A DNA stretch of 64,000 nt. Origin: an uncultured Dehalococcoidia bacterium (GTDB lineage Bacteria > Chloroflexota > Dehalococcoidia > Lucifugimonadales > UBA3495). The position numbers were made by a program, and so were the translations under genes. Positions 53,901 through 64,000 of the stretch are shown here, piece after piece; the stretch's first letter is position 1, and every line of letters starts with the position of its first letter. Below the pieces are notes generated by a model. That model made no database searches and was not told the DNA's origin. It worked only from the letters and a program-made list of their open reading frames with translations. Where the stretch lies: contig CAZVRK010000007.1 in the NCBI GenBank assembly GCA_964629875.1, positions 169 to 64,168 on the forward strand. The letters are read 5' to 3'.

Positions 53901-54739
53901 TTCACAGGTCTCCAGTTTCTGATTATAGCGTCGGACATTTTTGATACTCGGATCATCTCTCTAACGTCATGGACCCTGATGATATCTGCTCCACAGGCTA
54001 TTGATAAAGCTATTGTTGCGGCTGTACCTTCAATACGGGCTTCCACTGGCAACTCTAGAATTCTTCCGATTGTGGATTTTCTTGAAGTTCCAATTAATAA
54101 TGGGCTTCCTAGAACTCTGAATTCGGCTAATCTATTTAATATTTCTAAATTGTTCTCGGCGGTTTTTGCGAAACCTATGCCAGGGTCTAGTATTATCTCC
54201 GTATTCGGTATGCCGGTTTTTATGGCTTGGTTTTTGCATTTTTCAAGGCTGTTTATTACATCGGATACCACATCTTCATAATTGGGCGAACGATCATTAT
54301 GCATAAGAACAATAGGGGCCTGTTGTTGAGCCGCCACTGAAAGAATTTCAGGGTCCGCAATTCCTCCCCATATATCGTTGATAATCGATGCGCCTGTGTT
54401 TAAACATTGTCTAGCTACTTCGGATTTGTACGTGTCGATGCTAATAGGAATATTCACCTTTTGTGCTACTGCACTGACGGCTGGGAGTAGGCGATTAATC
54501 TCATCAGCCTGATTAACAGCTGTATGACCTGGTCTAGTAGATTCTGCTCCCATGTCGATTAGGTCAGCCCCTTCGGACTCAAAACGGAGTGCTTGATCTA
54601 CTATTTTATCAATATTAGAGTCCAGACCATCACCGGAAAACGAATCAGGTGTGATATTTATTATGCCCATCACGTAGGTCCTAGTGCCCCATTTGATAGG
54701 TTCGTTATTCGCAACTTTAAGGTCAGATATTCGTGTCAA
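53888..54739 (-). CDS. folP: Dihydropteroate synthase
   Basis: MGIINITPDSFSGDG and DIGAESTRPG-like DMGAESTRPG. Apparent TTG start at 54739. It overlaps folK by 13 nt. Confidence 0.9.
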   Translation of the reverse strand: MTRISDLKVANNEPIKWGTRTYVMGIINITPDSFSGDGLDSNIDKIVDQALRFESEGADLIDMGAESTRPGHTAVNQADEINRLLPAVSAVAQKVNIPISIDTYKSEVARQCLNTGASIINDIWGGIADPEILSVAAQQQAPIVLMHNDRSPNYEDVVSDVINSLEKCKNQAIKTGIPNTEIILDPGIGFAKTAENNLEILNRLAEFRVLGSPLLIGTSRKSTIGRILELPVEARIEGTAATIALSIACGADIIRVHDVREMIRVSKMSDAIIRNWRPVNWTD

Positions 54740-54754
54740 TTATATTCCCTGACA

Positions 54755-54781
54755 CTTAAGCGATCTGGTTGCTTAAGCGAT
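54755..54781. repeat. Direct repeat CTTAAGCGAT x2 in the folP/pccB divergent intergenic region
   Basis: Exact 10-mers at 54755-54764 and 54772-54781, 17 nt apart. Each contains the palindrome CTTAAG. Confidence 0.5.
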
Positions 54782-54872
54782 TTTCGCATTGTACACCGCA
54801 GACTATTTATCTTGCACCGTTTGAGAGGTGTTTGCTAGCATGTCACAAGAGTCTATTGAATAAGGATTGGTG

Positions 54873-56432
54873 ATGTCGCAAAACGCTAGAAATATAGACA
54901 CCAAGATTGATGATCTTAATAAATTGAGAGATCAAGCCCATAAAGGCGGTGGGCAAACTAGAATTGATCAGCAGCATGGGAGAGGAAAACTAACTGCCAG
55001 AGAGCGATTGATCGCTTTTATGGATGAAGGGACCTTCCAAGAGTTAGACTCGTTTGTTACCCATAGGACAACTGATTTTGGGCTTTCAGATCGACAGTTC
55101 CTGGGAGATGCGGTCGTTACTGGATATGGCAAGGTGGACGGTAGACAGGTATTTGCATTTGCCCAGGATTTTACTGTATTCGGGGGCTCATTATCCGAAG
55201 TAGTCGGTCAAAAGATCTGTAAGGTTATGGATTTAGCAGGAAAAACAGGTTGTCCTATAGTTGGGTTAAATGATTCAGGCGGAGCTAGGATACAGGAAGG
55301 TGCTTCGAGTTTAGCTGCTTATGGAGATATATTCTCAAGAAACACCCTATACTCGGGTGTAATACCCCAAATATCTGTCATATTAGGTCCGTCTGCTGGT
55401 GGGGCAGTTTATTCTCCAGCCATAACAGATTTTATATTTATGGTTAAGGGAATTGGGCAAATGTATATTACGGGCCCTGATGTAGTTAAGTCAGTTACTG
55501 GTGAACAGGTTACCCATGAAGAATTAGGAGGAGCTGATCCACATTCCACCAAAAGTGGGGTCGCTCACTTTGTGTCCAGTAGTGAATCAGATTGCCTCGA
55601 TGATGTCAGAAGGCTTTTAGGTTTTTTGCCTTCCAATAATCTTTCAGATCCACCGCAATACGATGTTGATCATATACAATCGGATCCTGAACTTCGTTAT
55701 ATCGTCCCAGATGAAGCTAATAGACCTTATGATATTAGAGCGGTGATTAATAAAATCGTAGACGAATGTGACTTCATGGAAGTCCAAAGCGATTATGCCC
55801 AGAATGTCGTTGTGGGATTCGCTAGAATGAACGGTTCGACTGTCGGTATAGTCGGTAATCAGCCAGCTTACTTAGCTGGAGTATTGGATATAAACGCATC
55901 TTCAAAAGCTGCTAGATTTGTTAGATTCTGTGATTGTTTCAATATTCCGTTAGTCACCTTGGTAGATGTACCTGGGTTTATGCCAGGTGTTGATCAGGAA
56001 TACGGCGGAATCATAAGGCATGGAGCTAAACTGATTTACGCTTATGCTGAAGCTACTGTCCCTAAGATAACCGTCATACTGCGTAAGTCTTACGGAGGAG
56101 CTTATATAGTCATGAGTAGTAAACACCTGAGGTCCGATATAAATCTGGCATGGCCTTCAGCAGAAATAGCTGTTATGGGACCTGATGGAGCAGTTAACAT
56201 AATATATCGTGATGAAATCTCTAAGTCCGATGACCCTGAAGCTACTAGACAGGAATTGATCGAAGATTATCAACACCGATTTACCAATCCTTATACGGCT
56301 GCTAACAGAGGTTATATTGACGATGTAATAGATCCCGCCGATACACGTATACGTGTCATAGACGCTCTGAACATGTTAGCCAGTAAACGAGAATCCTTGC
56401 CTTCTAAAAAACATGGTAATATCCCGTTATAG
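54873..56432 (+). CDS. pccB: Acyl-CoA carboxylase carboxyltransferase (propionyl-CoA carboxylase beta / methylmalonyl-CoA carboxyltransferase 12S type)
   Basis: [19 protein letters not shown] and PGFMPG motifs. ATG 54873 follows AAGGA. Confidence 0.9.
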   Translation: MSQNARNIDTKIDDLNKLRDQAHKGGGQTRIDQQHGRGKLTARERLIAFMDEGTFQELDSFVTHRTTDFGLSDRQFLGDAVVTGYGKVDGRQVFAFAQDFTVFGGSLSEVVGQKICKVMDLAGKTGCPIVGLNDSGGARIQEGASSLAAYGDIFSRNTLYSGVIPQISVILGPSAGGAVYSPAITDFIFMVKGIGQMYITGPDVVKSVTGEQVTHEELGGADPHSTKSGVAHFVSSSESDCLDDVRRLLGFLPSNNLSDPPQYDVDHIQSDPELRYIVPDEANRPYDIRAVINKIVDECDFMEVQSDYAQNVVVGFARMNGSTVGIVGNQPAYLAGVLDINASSKAARFVRFCDCFNIPLVTLVDVPGFMPGVDQEYGGIIRHGAKLIYAYAEATVPKITVILRKSYGGAYIVMSSKHLRSDINLAWPSAEIAVMGPDGAVNIIYRDEISKSDDPEATRQELIEDYQHRFTNPYTAANRGYIDDVIDPADTRIRVIDALNMLASKRESLPSKKHGNIPL

Positions 56433-56510
56433 ATAATAACTATTCATAGATCACTGTTATACTGGCCACTACTATTATTAATAACTACTTAGATAGTGAC
56501 GGGATTGGTC

Positions 56511-57518
56511 ATGGAATTTGGAATTTTTGATCAGCTACCTCGTGGGACCGGACAAACGTCAGGTAACAGGTATCGTGAATTTATAGAGCAGTGTACGCTA
56601 GCTGACACAGTGGGATTTGATTCAGTGTGGATGGCTGAATACCACTTCAACCCCAGATTCTCAGTAATGCCTTCTCCCTTACTCGTAGGAGCTGCTGTGG
56701 CCAAATGTACGAGTAATATAAGTATTGGCACGGCGGTGAATCTATTACCGCTGCATCATCCAGTACGCTTGGCTGAAGAAGTCGCAACACTCGATATCAT
56801 TTCAGATGGTAGAGTCCTATTTGGTGTAGGGAGAGGTTCCAATCCAGAGCATTATTCTGGTCTAAGTGTTGACGTTGACGAGGCTAGACCGAGATTTCTT
56901 GAAGGGCTACAAGTAGTTAAGGCATCATGGGCTGATGAAAATGTGAGTCATAAAGGTCAGTATTATGATATCCAAGATTTGGCGGTGGAGCCTAAGCCAA
57001 TTCAGAAACCGCATCCCCCGATTTATATTGCTGCTAATAGTGTGGATACATTTCCAATAGTAGGAGAACTTGGACATAATATTCTCGTTACTCCATTGAT
57101 TATCGGGACACAAGGTGTAGTAGAGAATCTGTCCGTTTATAGAAATTCTCTTGTGGATAATGGACATAATATTGATGACGTTAAAATAATTCCTACCCTA
57201 GCAGCTTGTGTTTCGGATAATCGTAATAAAGCGAGGGAACTGTTAGGGGCTACTATAGATAATTATTTAAATGTGCTAAAGTCAGGACAATCTCGGCGAT
57301 CTAGTCGTGCCCAAGAACTGACCGCTGAGTCTATACTTAATGATTATGCCATCGTCGGTGACCCCAAAGAGTGTATCGATCGTATTGAGGAGTTAAAGGA
57401 ATCAATGGGGTGCCAAGGGGTTCTTTTCTGGCAGAATATTGGCGGGTTGGTTCCCCATGAAGACCTGAAACGTTCGATGGAATTGTTCTCCAACAAAGTT
57501 TTACCCCATTTCAGGTAG
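56511..57518 (+). CDS. Luciferase-like (LLM class) flavin/F420-dependent oxidoreductase
   Basis: MEFGIFD...GFDSVWMAEYHF...GRVLFGVGRGS. The start is taken at ATG 56511. Confidence 0.85.
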   Translation: MEFGIFDQLPRGTGQTSGNRYREFIEQCTLADTVGFDSVWMAEYHFNPRFSVMPSPLLVGAAVAKCTSNISIGTAVNLLPLHHPVRLAEEVATLDIISDGRVLFGVGRGSNPEHYSGLSVDVDEARPRFLEGLQVVKASWADENVSHKGQYYDIQDLAVEPKPIQKPHPPIYIAANSVDTFPIVGELGHNILVTPLIIGTQGVVENLSVYRNSLVDNGHNIDDVKIIPTLAACVSDNRNKARELLGATIDNYLNVLKSGQSRRSSRAQELTAESILNDYAIVGDPKECIDRIEELKESMGCQGVLFWQNIGGLVPHEDLKRSMELFSNKVLPHFR

Positions 57519-57567
57519 AGTCAACCTTCGCGCAGTGTAATTGATATGTGATTCAAAAGGTGAATAT

Positions 57568-58902
57568 ATGACTCTATTTGACCACGCACGAGAGTTGATG
57601 AATAGGACTATTGCCCCTTTGCCGGAGCGCATGCGCCCCAGAACTTTTGATGATCTAGTTGGCCAAGAACACATTCTAGGTAAAGGCAAAATACTGCGTA
57701 CTGCTATAGATTCGGATAGATTACCATCCATAATTTTTTGGGGACCTCCAGGGATTGGTAAAACTAGTCTGGCTCGGCTAATTGCTAGTGTTACTAAGTC
57801 CCATTTTGAAGCTTTGAGTGCTGTAACGTCTGGGGTTGCGGATTTACGAAGACTTATCGGCGAATCTAGAGATAGGCTTTCTATGTATGGCACCAAGACA
57901 GTTTTATTCATTGATGAGATACATAGATTTAATAAATCTCAACAAGATGTAATTTTACCGCACGTAGAAGATGGTACTGTAACACTTGTTGGCGCAACTA
58001 CTGAGAATCCTTCCTTCGAGGTTAATGCTCCCCTATTGTCGCGGTGCAGGGTGTTCACTTTGTTAGCGTTGGATATGAAATCTGTTGAAATTCTTGTACG
58101 CAGAGCCCTAGTTGATATCGAATGTGGTTTAGGAATGATGAAAGCGCAGGTCTCAGATGAAGCAATGCAGCACCTTCTTAGTTATTCAAATGGAGATGCT
58201 CGTGTTGCATTAAATGCCTTGGAAATTGCAGTAACGAGCTCCGCTGCAAATGAGAATGGCTCCCGAGTTGTTGATGCTGATGCGATGTCTGAAGCCCTGC
58301 AGCATCGCTTTGCCAATTACGATAAATCAGGGGACTCACACTATGACACGATTTCAGCTTTTATTAAATCTATTAGAGGATCCTCACCCGATGGAGCGTT
58401 GTACTGGCTTGCTCGAATGATTTATGCCGGAGAAGACCCAATGTTTATAGCTCGGCGCTTAGTGATTTCAGCGGCGGAAGACGTAGGTTTAGCTGATCCT
58501 AACGCTTTAGTATTTGCTACATCCGCTCAGCAGGCACTTCATCTTATAGGAATGCCAGAAGGTAGGATTATTCTTGCTGAGGCGACTGTTTATTTGGCCT
58601 CTGCTCCGAAAAGCAACTCTGCTTATGCAGGACTAGAAAAAGCTTTGAAGGACGTTAGTAACTTATCCTCCGAACCTGTCCCGATGCATCTCAGAAATGC
58701 TGTTACAGGATTGATGAGAGACCTGGGGTATGGCCGTGATTATAGATATGCCCATGATTATGCTGAAAATTTTGTTGAACAAACCTACTTGCCGTCGAAT
58801 GTTGCAGATGCTCGTTATTATCAGCCTTCTGAAAATGGTGATGAATATGAGAAGTCAGTTAGATTACGTCACCTTTGGGAAGATCATTCTGATGAGAAGT
58901 AA
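57568..58902 (+). CDS. rarA: Replication-associated recombination protein A (AAA+ ATPase)
   Basis: Walker A GPPGIGKTS, LFIDEIHRFNK, and a MgsA C-terminal domain (DGALYWLARM). Confidence 0.95.
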   Translation: MTLFDHARELMNRTIAPLPERMRPRTFDDLVGQEHILGKGKILRTAIDSDRLPSIIFWGPPGIGKTSLARLIASVTKSHFEALSAVTSGVADLRRLIGESRDRLSMYGTKTVLFIDEIHRFNKSQQDVILPHVEDGTVTLVGATTENPSFEVNAPLLSRCRVFTLLALDMKSVEILVRRALVDIECGLGMMKAQVSDEAMQHLLSYSNGDARVALNALEIAVTSSAANENGSRVVDADAMSEALQHRFANYDKSGDSHYDTISAFIKSIRGSSPDGALYWLARMIYAGEDPMFIARRLVISAAEDVGLADPNALVFATSAQQALHLIGMPEGRIILAEATVYLASAPKSNSAYAGLEKALKDVSNLSSEPVPMHLRNAVTGLMRDLGYGRDYRYAHDYAENFVEQTYLPSNVADARYYQPSENGDEYEKSVRLRHLWEDHSDEK

Positions 58903-58913
58903 ATTTTAGTTAG

Positions 58914-59498
58914 TTAAGATAGGGCTTTAATCAGATCTGCTGAAGTTACAATATCAGCTTGTCTAGGAAAGATTTTCTCCATTAAGAAATTATGTACCTC
59001 AGGATCTGTATCTGCACAGCAGTCTTCTACTATTATGATGCTGTAATCTGAATCGGCTGCGAATCGTGTTGTGGACAAGACTACTCCGCTGGTTGCGTAG
59101 CCTAGAAGTATGATGGTGTCGATTTGATTGGCTCTAAGAGTCATATCTAAATCTGTCCCGTACAAAGCATTTACTCGGTGTTTCCCAACGACAACTTCTC
59201 CGTTTATCGGAGATACTCCTGGGTGTATCACTTCAATCGGATCAGATACCGCGGGTTGTCCGGAGTTCTTTCGCTGACTGAAAGTCTTGTTTCGATCACT
59301 GATTTCTATATAACCTGGTCGAAATACTGTGGCGGAGTAACAGATTAGCATTCCCGATTGTCTTGCGGCTTTCTGTAGTTCTTGAGTGTTACTCAAAACG
59401 TTTCTTTCAATAGAATGAGCTATTGTTCCCATCATATCTTTGTAGAAATCCGCGATTATGAGTGCTGTGGACTTAATATTGATTCTCCCATCAGTCAT
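58914..59498 (-). CDS. Isochorismatase-family cysteine hydrolase
   Basis: ALIIADFYKD and the catalytic region IIIVEDCCAD. Confidence 0.8.
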   Translation of the reverse strand: MTDGRINIKSTALIIADFYKDMMGTIAHSIERNVLSNTQELQKAARQSGMLICYSATVFRPGYIEISDRNKTFSQRKNSGQPAVSDPIEVIHPGVSPINGEVVVGKHRVNALYGTDLDMTLRANQIDTIILLGYATSGVVLSTTRFAADSDYSIIIVEDCCADTDPEVHNFLMEKIFPRQADIVTSADLIKALS

Positions 59499-59537
59499 TA
59501 GGCAGCTAACCTCCGTGTATTTATATCAATAGTTGAG

Positions 59538-60596
59538 TTATTTGGAGTTCGATGCCAGGCTACTGACAACTTTGGATGTGATAGCTAGAGCTTGTTCAAT
59601 GTCAGGGCCAGTTATATGACGGTGGGTTACCATGCGTATAGAGTTGGGGCCAGGAGAGCTTACCAAGACATCCTGATCTTTTAATGCGGCTATTACCTTA
59701 GATGCTTGCCCGACTGATGGGTCTATATCAAATATCACGATGTTGGTGCTGATGGTTTCAGGGTCAATCTTAAGTCCCTTGATGTTAGCTATACCGGTGG
59801 CTAATTGTCTTGCATTGGCATGATCATCCGCGAGGCGATCAATCATATTGTCTAATGCTACCAAGCCTGCTGCGGCTAGCACTCCCGCTTGCCGCATACC
59901 TCCGCCTACCATTTTTCTCCATCTAAGGGCTTCCTGGATGAATTCTTTGGAGCCGCATAGGACCGAGCCCACCGGACAACTTAGTGCCTTCGATAAACAA
60001 AACGACACATCGTCGACGTCTTTTGTAAGCTCCGTAACAGGCACTTCTAAAGCAATCGATGCGTTGAACAACCTAGCGCCATCTAGATGCACCTTGGCCC
60101 CTGCAGTATGTGCTATGTTAGCAATTTGTGCGGTCTGACTTGGAGTAAGGACCCCGCCACTACAGCGATTGTGAGTATTCTCTAGACACACTAGTGTTCC
60201 AGGCGCAGTATGTATGTTGCCTTTTGGCCGTATTGATGACTCGAGTTCGTCAGGGCTGATTTCTCCCTGATCTCCATTAGAAATGAGTCGTATTTGGACT
60301 CCTGCTAGCCCGGAGGCACCACCAGATTCATTCCAGAAAATGTGGGCTTGATCACCCATGATAACTTCATCACCTCGGTCACAGTGGGCTAATATAGCAA
60401 CCAAATTGCTCATTGTTCCACTAGCCATGAGTAAACCAGCTTCCTTCCCTAGCAAGGCCGCTGCTTTTTCTTGGAGTAGGTTTATAGATGGGTCTTCTCC
60501 GTATACGTCGTCTCCAACTTCTGACTGAGCCATTGCGTTGCGCATTTCTTCAGTTGGTTTGGTAACTGTATCGCTTCTTAAATCTATCAAACTCAT
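59538..60596 (-). CDS. ltaE: Low-specificity L-threonine aldolase
   Basis: IDLRSDTVTKPT N-terminus. PLP fold-type I, with SFCLSKAL containing the Schiff-base Lys. Confidence 0.9.
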   Translation of the reverse strand: MSLIDLRSDTVTKPTEEMRNAMAQSEVGDDVYGEDPSINLLQEKAAALLGKEAGLLMASGTMSNLVAILAHCDRGDEVIMGDQAHIFWNESGGASGLAGVQIRLISNGDQGEISPDELESSIRPKGNIHTAPGTLVCLENTHNRCSGGVLTPSQTAQIANIAHTAGAKVHLDGARLFNASIALEVPVTELTKDVDDVSFCLSKALSCPVGSVLCGSKEFIQEALRWRKMVGGGMRQAGVLAAAGLVALDNMIDRLADDHANARQLATGIANIKGLKIDPETISTNIVIFDIDPSVGQASKVIAALKDQDVLVSSPGPNSIRMVTHRHITGPDIEQALAITSKVVSSLASNSK

Positions 60597-60730
60597 ACTT
60601 CCTTATAGACTAAATTTGTTTGCTCCTCGGTGACCTAGAGAACAAAGATTGCGGCACATTTTATCAGGAATCCTTGCTAAACACTACTGAGTGTGATTAA
60701 GATTGGTGTAATCAGATAGGAGCGATTTTT

Positions 60731-61372
60731 ATGCGTCAAAGCGCGGTTTCTTTTGAGGCAAATGGTCTAAAGTTTGAAGGAATATTGTCTACTCCGGATG
60801 ATTTGATCGGCGATGTTCCTGGAGTAGTCGTGTGTCATCCTCACCCTTTGTTTGGCGGCAATATGCACAATAATGTTGTGTCCGCTGTAACTTATCATCT
60901 TTCAACGGTGGGGATCGCAACGTTAAAGTTTAATTTTAGAGGTGTAGGAAACAGCGAAGGAGAGCACTCTAAAGGAGAGCTAGAATATCAAGAAGTGGTA
61001 GCGGCGCAAAAGTTGCTTTCGGCGTGGCCTGGAATAAATCCAAAGAAGATAGGTATTGTTGGCTATTCATTTGGTACGCGGGTTATATTACGGCACCCGC
61101 AGTTGCAAAAGTCTCCGAGAGCTTTTGCCTTCATATCTCCCTCAATAGAGGCTCTTGAAGAATCGACTTTAAAGAATGATAAAAGGCCTAAATTTGTTAT
61201 ATCTGGTACAAAGGATAAGCTACTCCAGTCTGATAAATTGCCTGAAGTCTTAGAGCAGTTTGTGAATCCTCCTATGATAAGCTCTATAGAAGGAGCAGAC
61301 CATTTCTGGGCAAATATGGAGGATTTGGCAGTAGAACCAGTTTCTACGTTTTTTCATGAAAATCTTACCTAA
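60731..61372 (+). CDS. Alpha/beta hydrolase
   Basis: HPHPLFGGNMHNNVV and nucleophile elbow GYSFG. Confidence 0.75.
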   Translation: MRQSAVSFEANGLKFEGILSTPDDLIGDVPGVVVCHPHPLFGGNMHNNVVSAVTYHLSTVGIATLKFNFRGVGNSEGEHSKGELEYQEVVAAQKLLSAWPGINPKKIGIVGYSFGTRVILRHPQLQKSPRAFAFISPSIEALEESTLKNDKRPKFVISGTKDKLLQSDKLPEVLEQFVNPPMISSIEGADHFWANMEDLAVEPVSTFFHENLT

Positions 61373-61406
61373 TATCTTACGGCGCAGATCAGAGGATGAA
61401 GACAGT

Positions 61407-61916
61407 ATGCCCACTTCTTCTGCCTATCACTGGGCAGTTGCTCAAGGAGCCGGAGTGGTTTTGGCCTTAGACCAATTTACCAAGTATTTGGTGCAACATT
61501 TTATTCCATGTGATCCTGGTATGATTTGTAGAGTTTCCATACCTTCAGAAGGTTTTGCTCGTATTACGCATATACACAACAGCGGCAGTATATTTGGACT
61601 GTTTTCAGGTAATAACATCCCATTAATTTTTGTATCTTTTGTTGGTGTATGTGTATTGTTGTACATATATAAGATTCAAATAAAACCTAATAATTGGTTT
61701 AGGTTGAGCATAGCACTGCAAATAGGCGGTGCCTTAGGAAACGTTACTGATCGCATTCGGATAGGCCATGTCACTGATTTCATCGATATAGGTGTTTCTG
61801 CATGGAGATGGCCAGCCTTCAATATAGCTGATGCATCAATTATTACTGGCTTATGTCTCTTAGTATGGACGATTCTACTAGCAGAACGCGATGACAGTGA
61901 TGAACAATTGATATAA
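61407..61916 (+). CDS. lspA: Lipoprotein signal peptidase (signal peptidase II)
   Basis: LDQFTK, NSGSIFG and FNIADASI motifs. I prefer ATG 61407 (GAGGA 10 nt upstream). The ORF track start 61356 overlaps the previous gene and has no SD. Confidence 0.85.
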   Translation: MPTSSAYHWAVAQGAGVVLALDQFTKYLVQHFIPCDPGMICRVSIPSEGFARITHIHNSGSIFGLFSGNNIPLIFVSFVGVCVLLYIYKIQIKPNNWFRLSIALQIGGALGNVTDRIRIGHVTDFIDIGVSAWRWPAFNIADASIITGLCLLVWTILLAERDDSDEQLI

Positions 61917-62027
61917 TTGACCTGATAGAACACGTGGGAATTTCAACACACGTTGGTATTTTAAAGAAACACAGTTTTGCCTATGCATCTGAACTTTTAA
62001 GGTTCCAAATTAATTATTGTGGATAGG

Positions 62028-62930
62028 ATGGATCAACAATATCTAGTTAGTGATTCTGGTAAGAGATTAGACTCTTTTCTTGCAAATCAGGAAAAGGCTA
62101 CTACTCGTAGCAGACTACAGGCTTTAATAGAGTCTGGTCATGTGACTGTAAACGGATCTTCTGCGAAACCTTCCTACAAAGTAAAATCTGGAGATATAGT
62201 GCGTATTAGCATGCCTGCAGCTAGTCCAGTGGATATTGTTCCACAGGATATACCGATCTCCTTTATTTATCAGGATGAACATATAGCGGTTGTTGATAAA
62301 CCTCAGGGCCTCCCCGTTCATCCTGGGCCAGGGCATCCAGATGGAACACTGGTTAATGCTATTCTGGCTCATTGTCCTGATATAGCAGGTGTCGGAGGAG
62401 AGATACGACCAGGAATAGTGCATCGCTTAGACAAGGATACTTCTGGTCTTATTATGATTGCCAAAACACACGATGCCCACCAGAATTTATCTGCTCAAAT
62501 TAGTAGTAGAAATGTTGACAAAGGGTATCTTGCCTTATGTAAAGGTTTGCTGACTAAGGATGATGGAATTATTGATGCCCCAATTGGAAGAGATCCATAT
62601 AATAGAAAACGGATGGCAGTTGTTGAAGATGGACGCTACGCCAAGACTATGTACACGGTAATTGAGCGTTTCGAAAGTAGTACATTTTTAAGTGTAAAGC
62701 TAGAGACGGGAAGAACTCACCAGATAAGAGTTCATATGGCTCATCTAAATCATCCATTAGTAGGTGACACCGTATATGGTAGGAGTAGCAATATTGTGTT
62801 CAGGCATTTTCTACACGCACATTACTTGGCGTTTCGTCATCCAATTACGGGAGAACCTGTCGAATTTCAATCAGATCTGCCAAAAGATCTGTCATCTGCA
62901 TTAGAATCTCTAAAAAACGATTTGAAGTAA
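62028..62930 (+). CDS. rluD: RluA/RluD-family 23S rRNA pseudouridine synthase
   Basis: N-terminal S4 domain (RLDSFLA...VTVNG) and the catalytic HRLDKDTSGL. The start is ATG 62028 or GTG 62019. Confidence 0.9.
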   Translation: MDQQYLVSDSGKRLDSFLANQEKATTRSRLQALIESGHVTVNGSSAKPSYKVKSGDIVRISMPAASPVDIVPQDIPISFIYQDEHIAVVDKPQGLPVHPGPGHPDGTLVNAILAHCPDIAGVGGEIRPGIVHRLDKDTSGLIMIAKTHDAHQNLSAQISSRNVDKGYLALCKGLLTKDDGIIDAPIGRDPYNRKRMAVVEDGRYAKTMYTVIERFESSTFLSVKLETGRTHQIRVHMAHLNHPLVGDTVYGRSSNIVFRHFLHAHYLAFRHPITGEPVEFQSDLPKDLSSALESLKNDLK

Positions 62931-62983
62931 GCGTTATAGCATCAATTTGATGTTAGAGATCAGAGCGTCGCTTCAAAGTCATA

Positions 62984-62992
62984 TGCTAGAAT
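62984..62992 (+). promoter_or_regulatory. Extended -10 box TGcTAGAAT upstream of glnS
   Basis: TGnTAGAAT at 62984-62992, 62 nt before ATG 63055. Motif only. Confidence 0.3.
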
Positions 62993-63054
62993 GTCCCCAG
63001 GCTCTGCCCATTCGCGTGTGCTCATTAAATTATAGGATTTTATAAATAGTTCTA

Positions 63055-64000
63055 ATGTCTAATCCAGATAATTCCGCGTCGGATTTTATTAGGAATATCA
63101 TTTCTAACGATATTAATTCAGGGAAATTCGATTCCTCAATTATTACACGTTTTCCTCCAGAGCCAAATGGATACCTTCATATAGGCCATGCTAAATCCAT
63201 ATGTCTTAATTTTGGGGTTGCGAACGAATATGGAGGGATTTGTCACTTGAGGTTTGATGACACTAACCCTGCCAGAGAAGATGTTGAATATGTTGAATCA
63301 ATTAAGAAGGATGTTAAATGGTTAGGGTATGATTGGCAGGATCATTTGTATTTCGCTTCTGATTATTTTGACCGACTTTACGACTTTGCCGTTGTATTAA
63401 TACAAAAGGGATTTGCTTATGTAGATAGCCTCGAAGCGGATGATATTCGTAAATACCGAGGAACTCTGACAGAACCAGGCCAAGAAAGCCCATATCGGGA
63501 TCGTTCAATCCAAGATAATCTAACTCTGTTCGAACAAATGAAGAACGGAGAATTTGAGGACGGTACCCATGTTCTCAGAGCCAAGATAGATATGGCGTCA
63601 CCGAATTTGAATCTACGAGACCCGACTTTATATAGGATACGTAAAGTACCACATCACAGAACAGGAGATACTTGGAAAATATATCCAATGTATGACTTTG
63701 CTCATAGCTTATCTGATTCTATTGAGAAGGTTACTCATTCATTATGCACTCTGGAGTTTGAAGATCATCGACCTTTGTATGATTGGTTTTTAGATGTTTT
63801 GGAAGTACATCATTCTCAACAGATAGAATTCGCTCGACTTAACTTGAGTAATACGGTAATGAGTAAACGACTACTGAGAGATTTGGTTGAAAATCACCAT
63901 GTTAGTGGCTGGGATGATCCGAGAATGCCTACTATATCTGGCCTCAGAAGAAGAGGATATACTCCAAAAGCCATAAGAATGTTTTGTCATGAGATAGGTA
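63055..64000 (+). CDS. glnS: Glutaminyl-tRNA synthetase, N-terminal part (3' end outside the window)
   Basis: The ATG 63055 frame stays open to the window end. [16 protein letters not shown] (HIGH), LRFDDTNP and VMSKR (KMSKS) motifs. It is absent from the ORF track because there is no stop in the window. Confidence 0.9.
   Translation, partial: MSNPDNSASDFIRNIISNDINSGKFDSSIITRFPPEPNGYLHIGHAKSICLNFGVANEYGGICHLRFDDTNPAREDVEYVESIKKDVKWLGYDWQDHLYFASDYFDRLYDFAVVLIQKGFAYVDSLEADDIRKYRGTLTEPGQESPYRDRSIQDNLTLFEQMKNGEFEDGTHVLRAKIDMASPNLNLRDPTLYRIRKVPHHRTGDTWKIYPMYDFAHSLSDSIEKVTHSLCTLEFEDHRPLYDWFLDVLEVHHSQQIEFARLNLSNTVMSKRLLRDLVENHHVSGWDDPRMPTISGLRRRGYTPKAIRMFCHEIG

Noticed and set aside
1-64000. Mobile elements, CRISPR arrays, tRNA/rRNA genes, toxin-antitoxin or defence islands
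   Set aside because: Scanning the intergenic regions and ORF products by eye revealed none of the following:
- transposase, integrase or Cas-like proteins
- arrays of spaced repeats
- tRNA-like cloverleaf candidates

This is a visual search only and should be repeated with dedicated tools.

Overview
This is a 64-kb bacterial chromosome segment, roughly 90% coding. It uses the standard genetic code: TGA, TAA and TAG all serve as ordinary stops. GGAGG-type ribosome-binding sites are common, and several intergenic regions carry TGnTAnAAT extended -10 boxes. By eye I recognise about 60 protein genes. No rRNA, tRNA, CRISPR array, transposase or integrase was seen.

The content is a mix of two kinds of genes:
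- Housekeeping: glnB (partial), hppA, greA-like, a fused accD-accA, tilS, tsaD, ilvB, metH, pepN, leuCD, ychF, queG, groEL, folKP, rarA, lspA, rluD, glnS (partial).
- Organic-acid and amino-acid catabolism paralogues: three family-III (CaiB/BaiF) CoA-transferases, a crotonase, a thiolase-fold protein, two D-threonine-aldolase/D-serine-dehydratase-family genes, a D-aminoacylase, an amidase, a formamidase, a luciferase-like monooxygenase and an HMGL-like lyase.

This gene mix, together with a T-box leader, fits a streamlined marine Chloroflexota (SAR202-like) genome. That placement is inference only.

I found no clear mobile or defence system. The points most worth a second look are:
1. A peroxiredoxin gene interrupted by an in-frame UGA exactly at the catalytic Cys codon, followed by a SECIS-like hairpin. 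It is a selenoprotein candidate and is hidden from the ORF track.
2. A T-box riboswitch in front of an orphan ilvB.
3. A GreA factor with a roughly 112-aa N-terminal extension.
4. A divergent catabolic cluster in which the first gene of each arm is a paralogue that lacks the canonical catalytic residue (CoA-transferase Asp to Gln; PLP Lys to Ser).
5. A GatC-like plus amidase pair that resembles AtzG/AtzE.

All homology calls were made by eye from the translations and need database confirmation.
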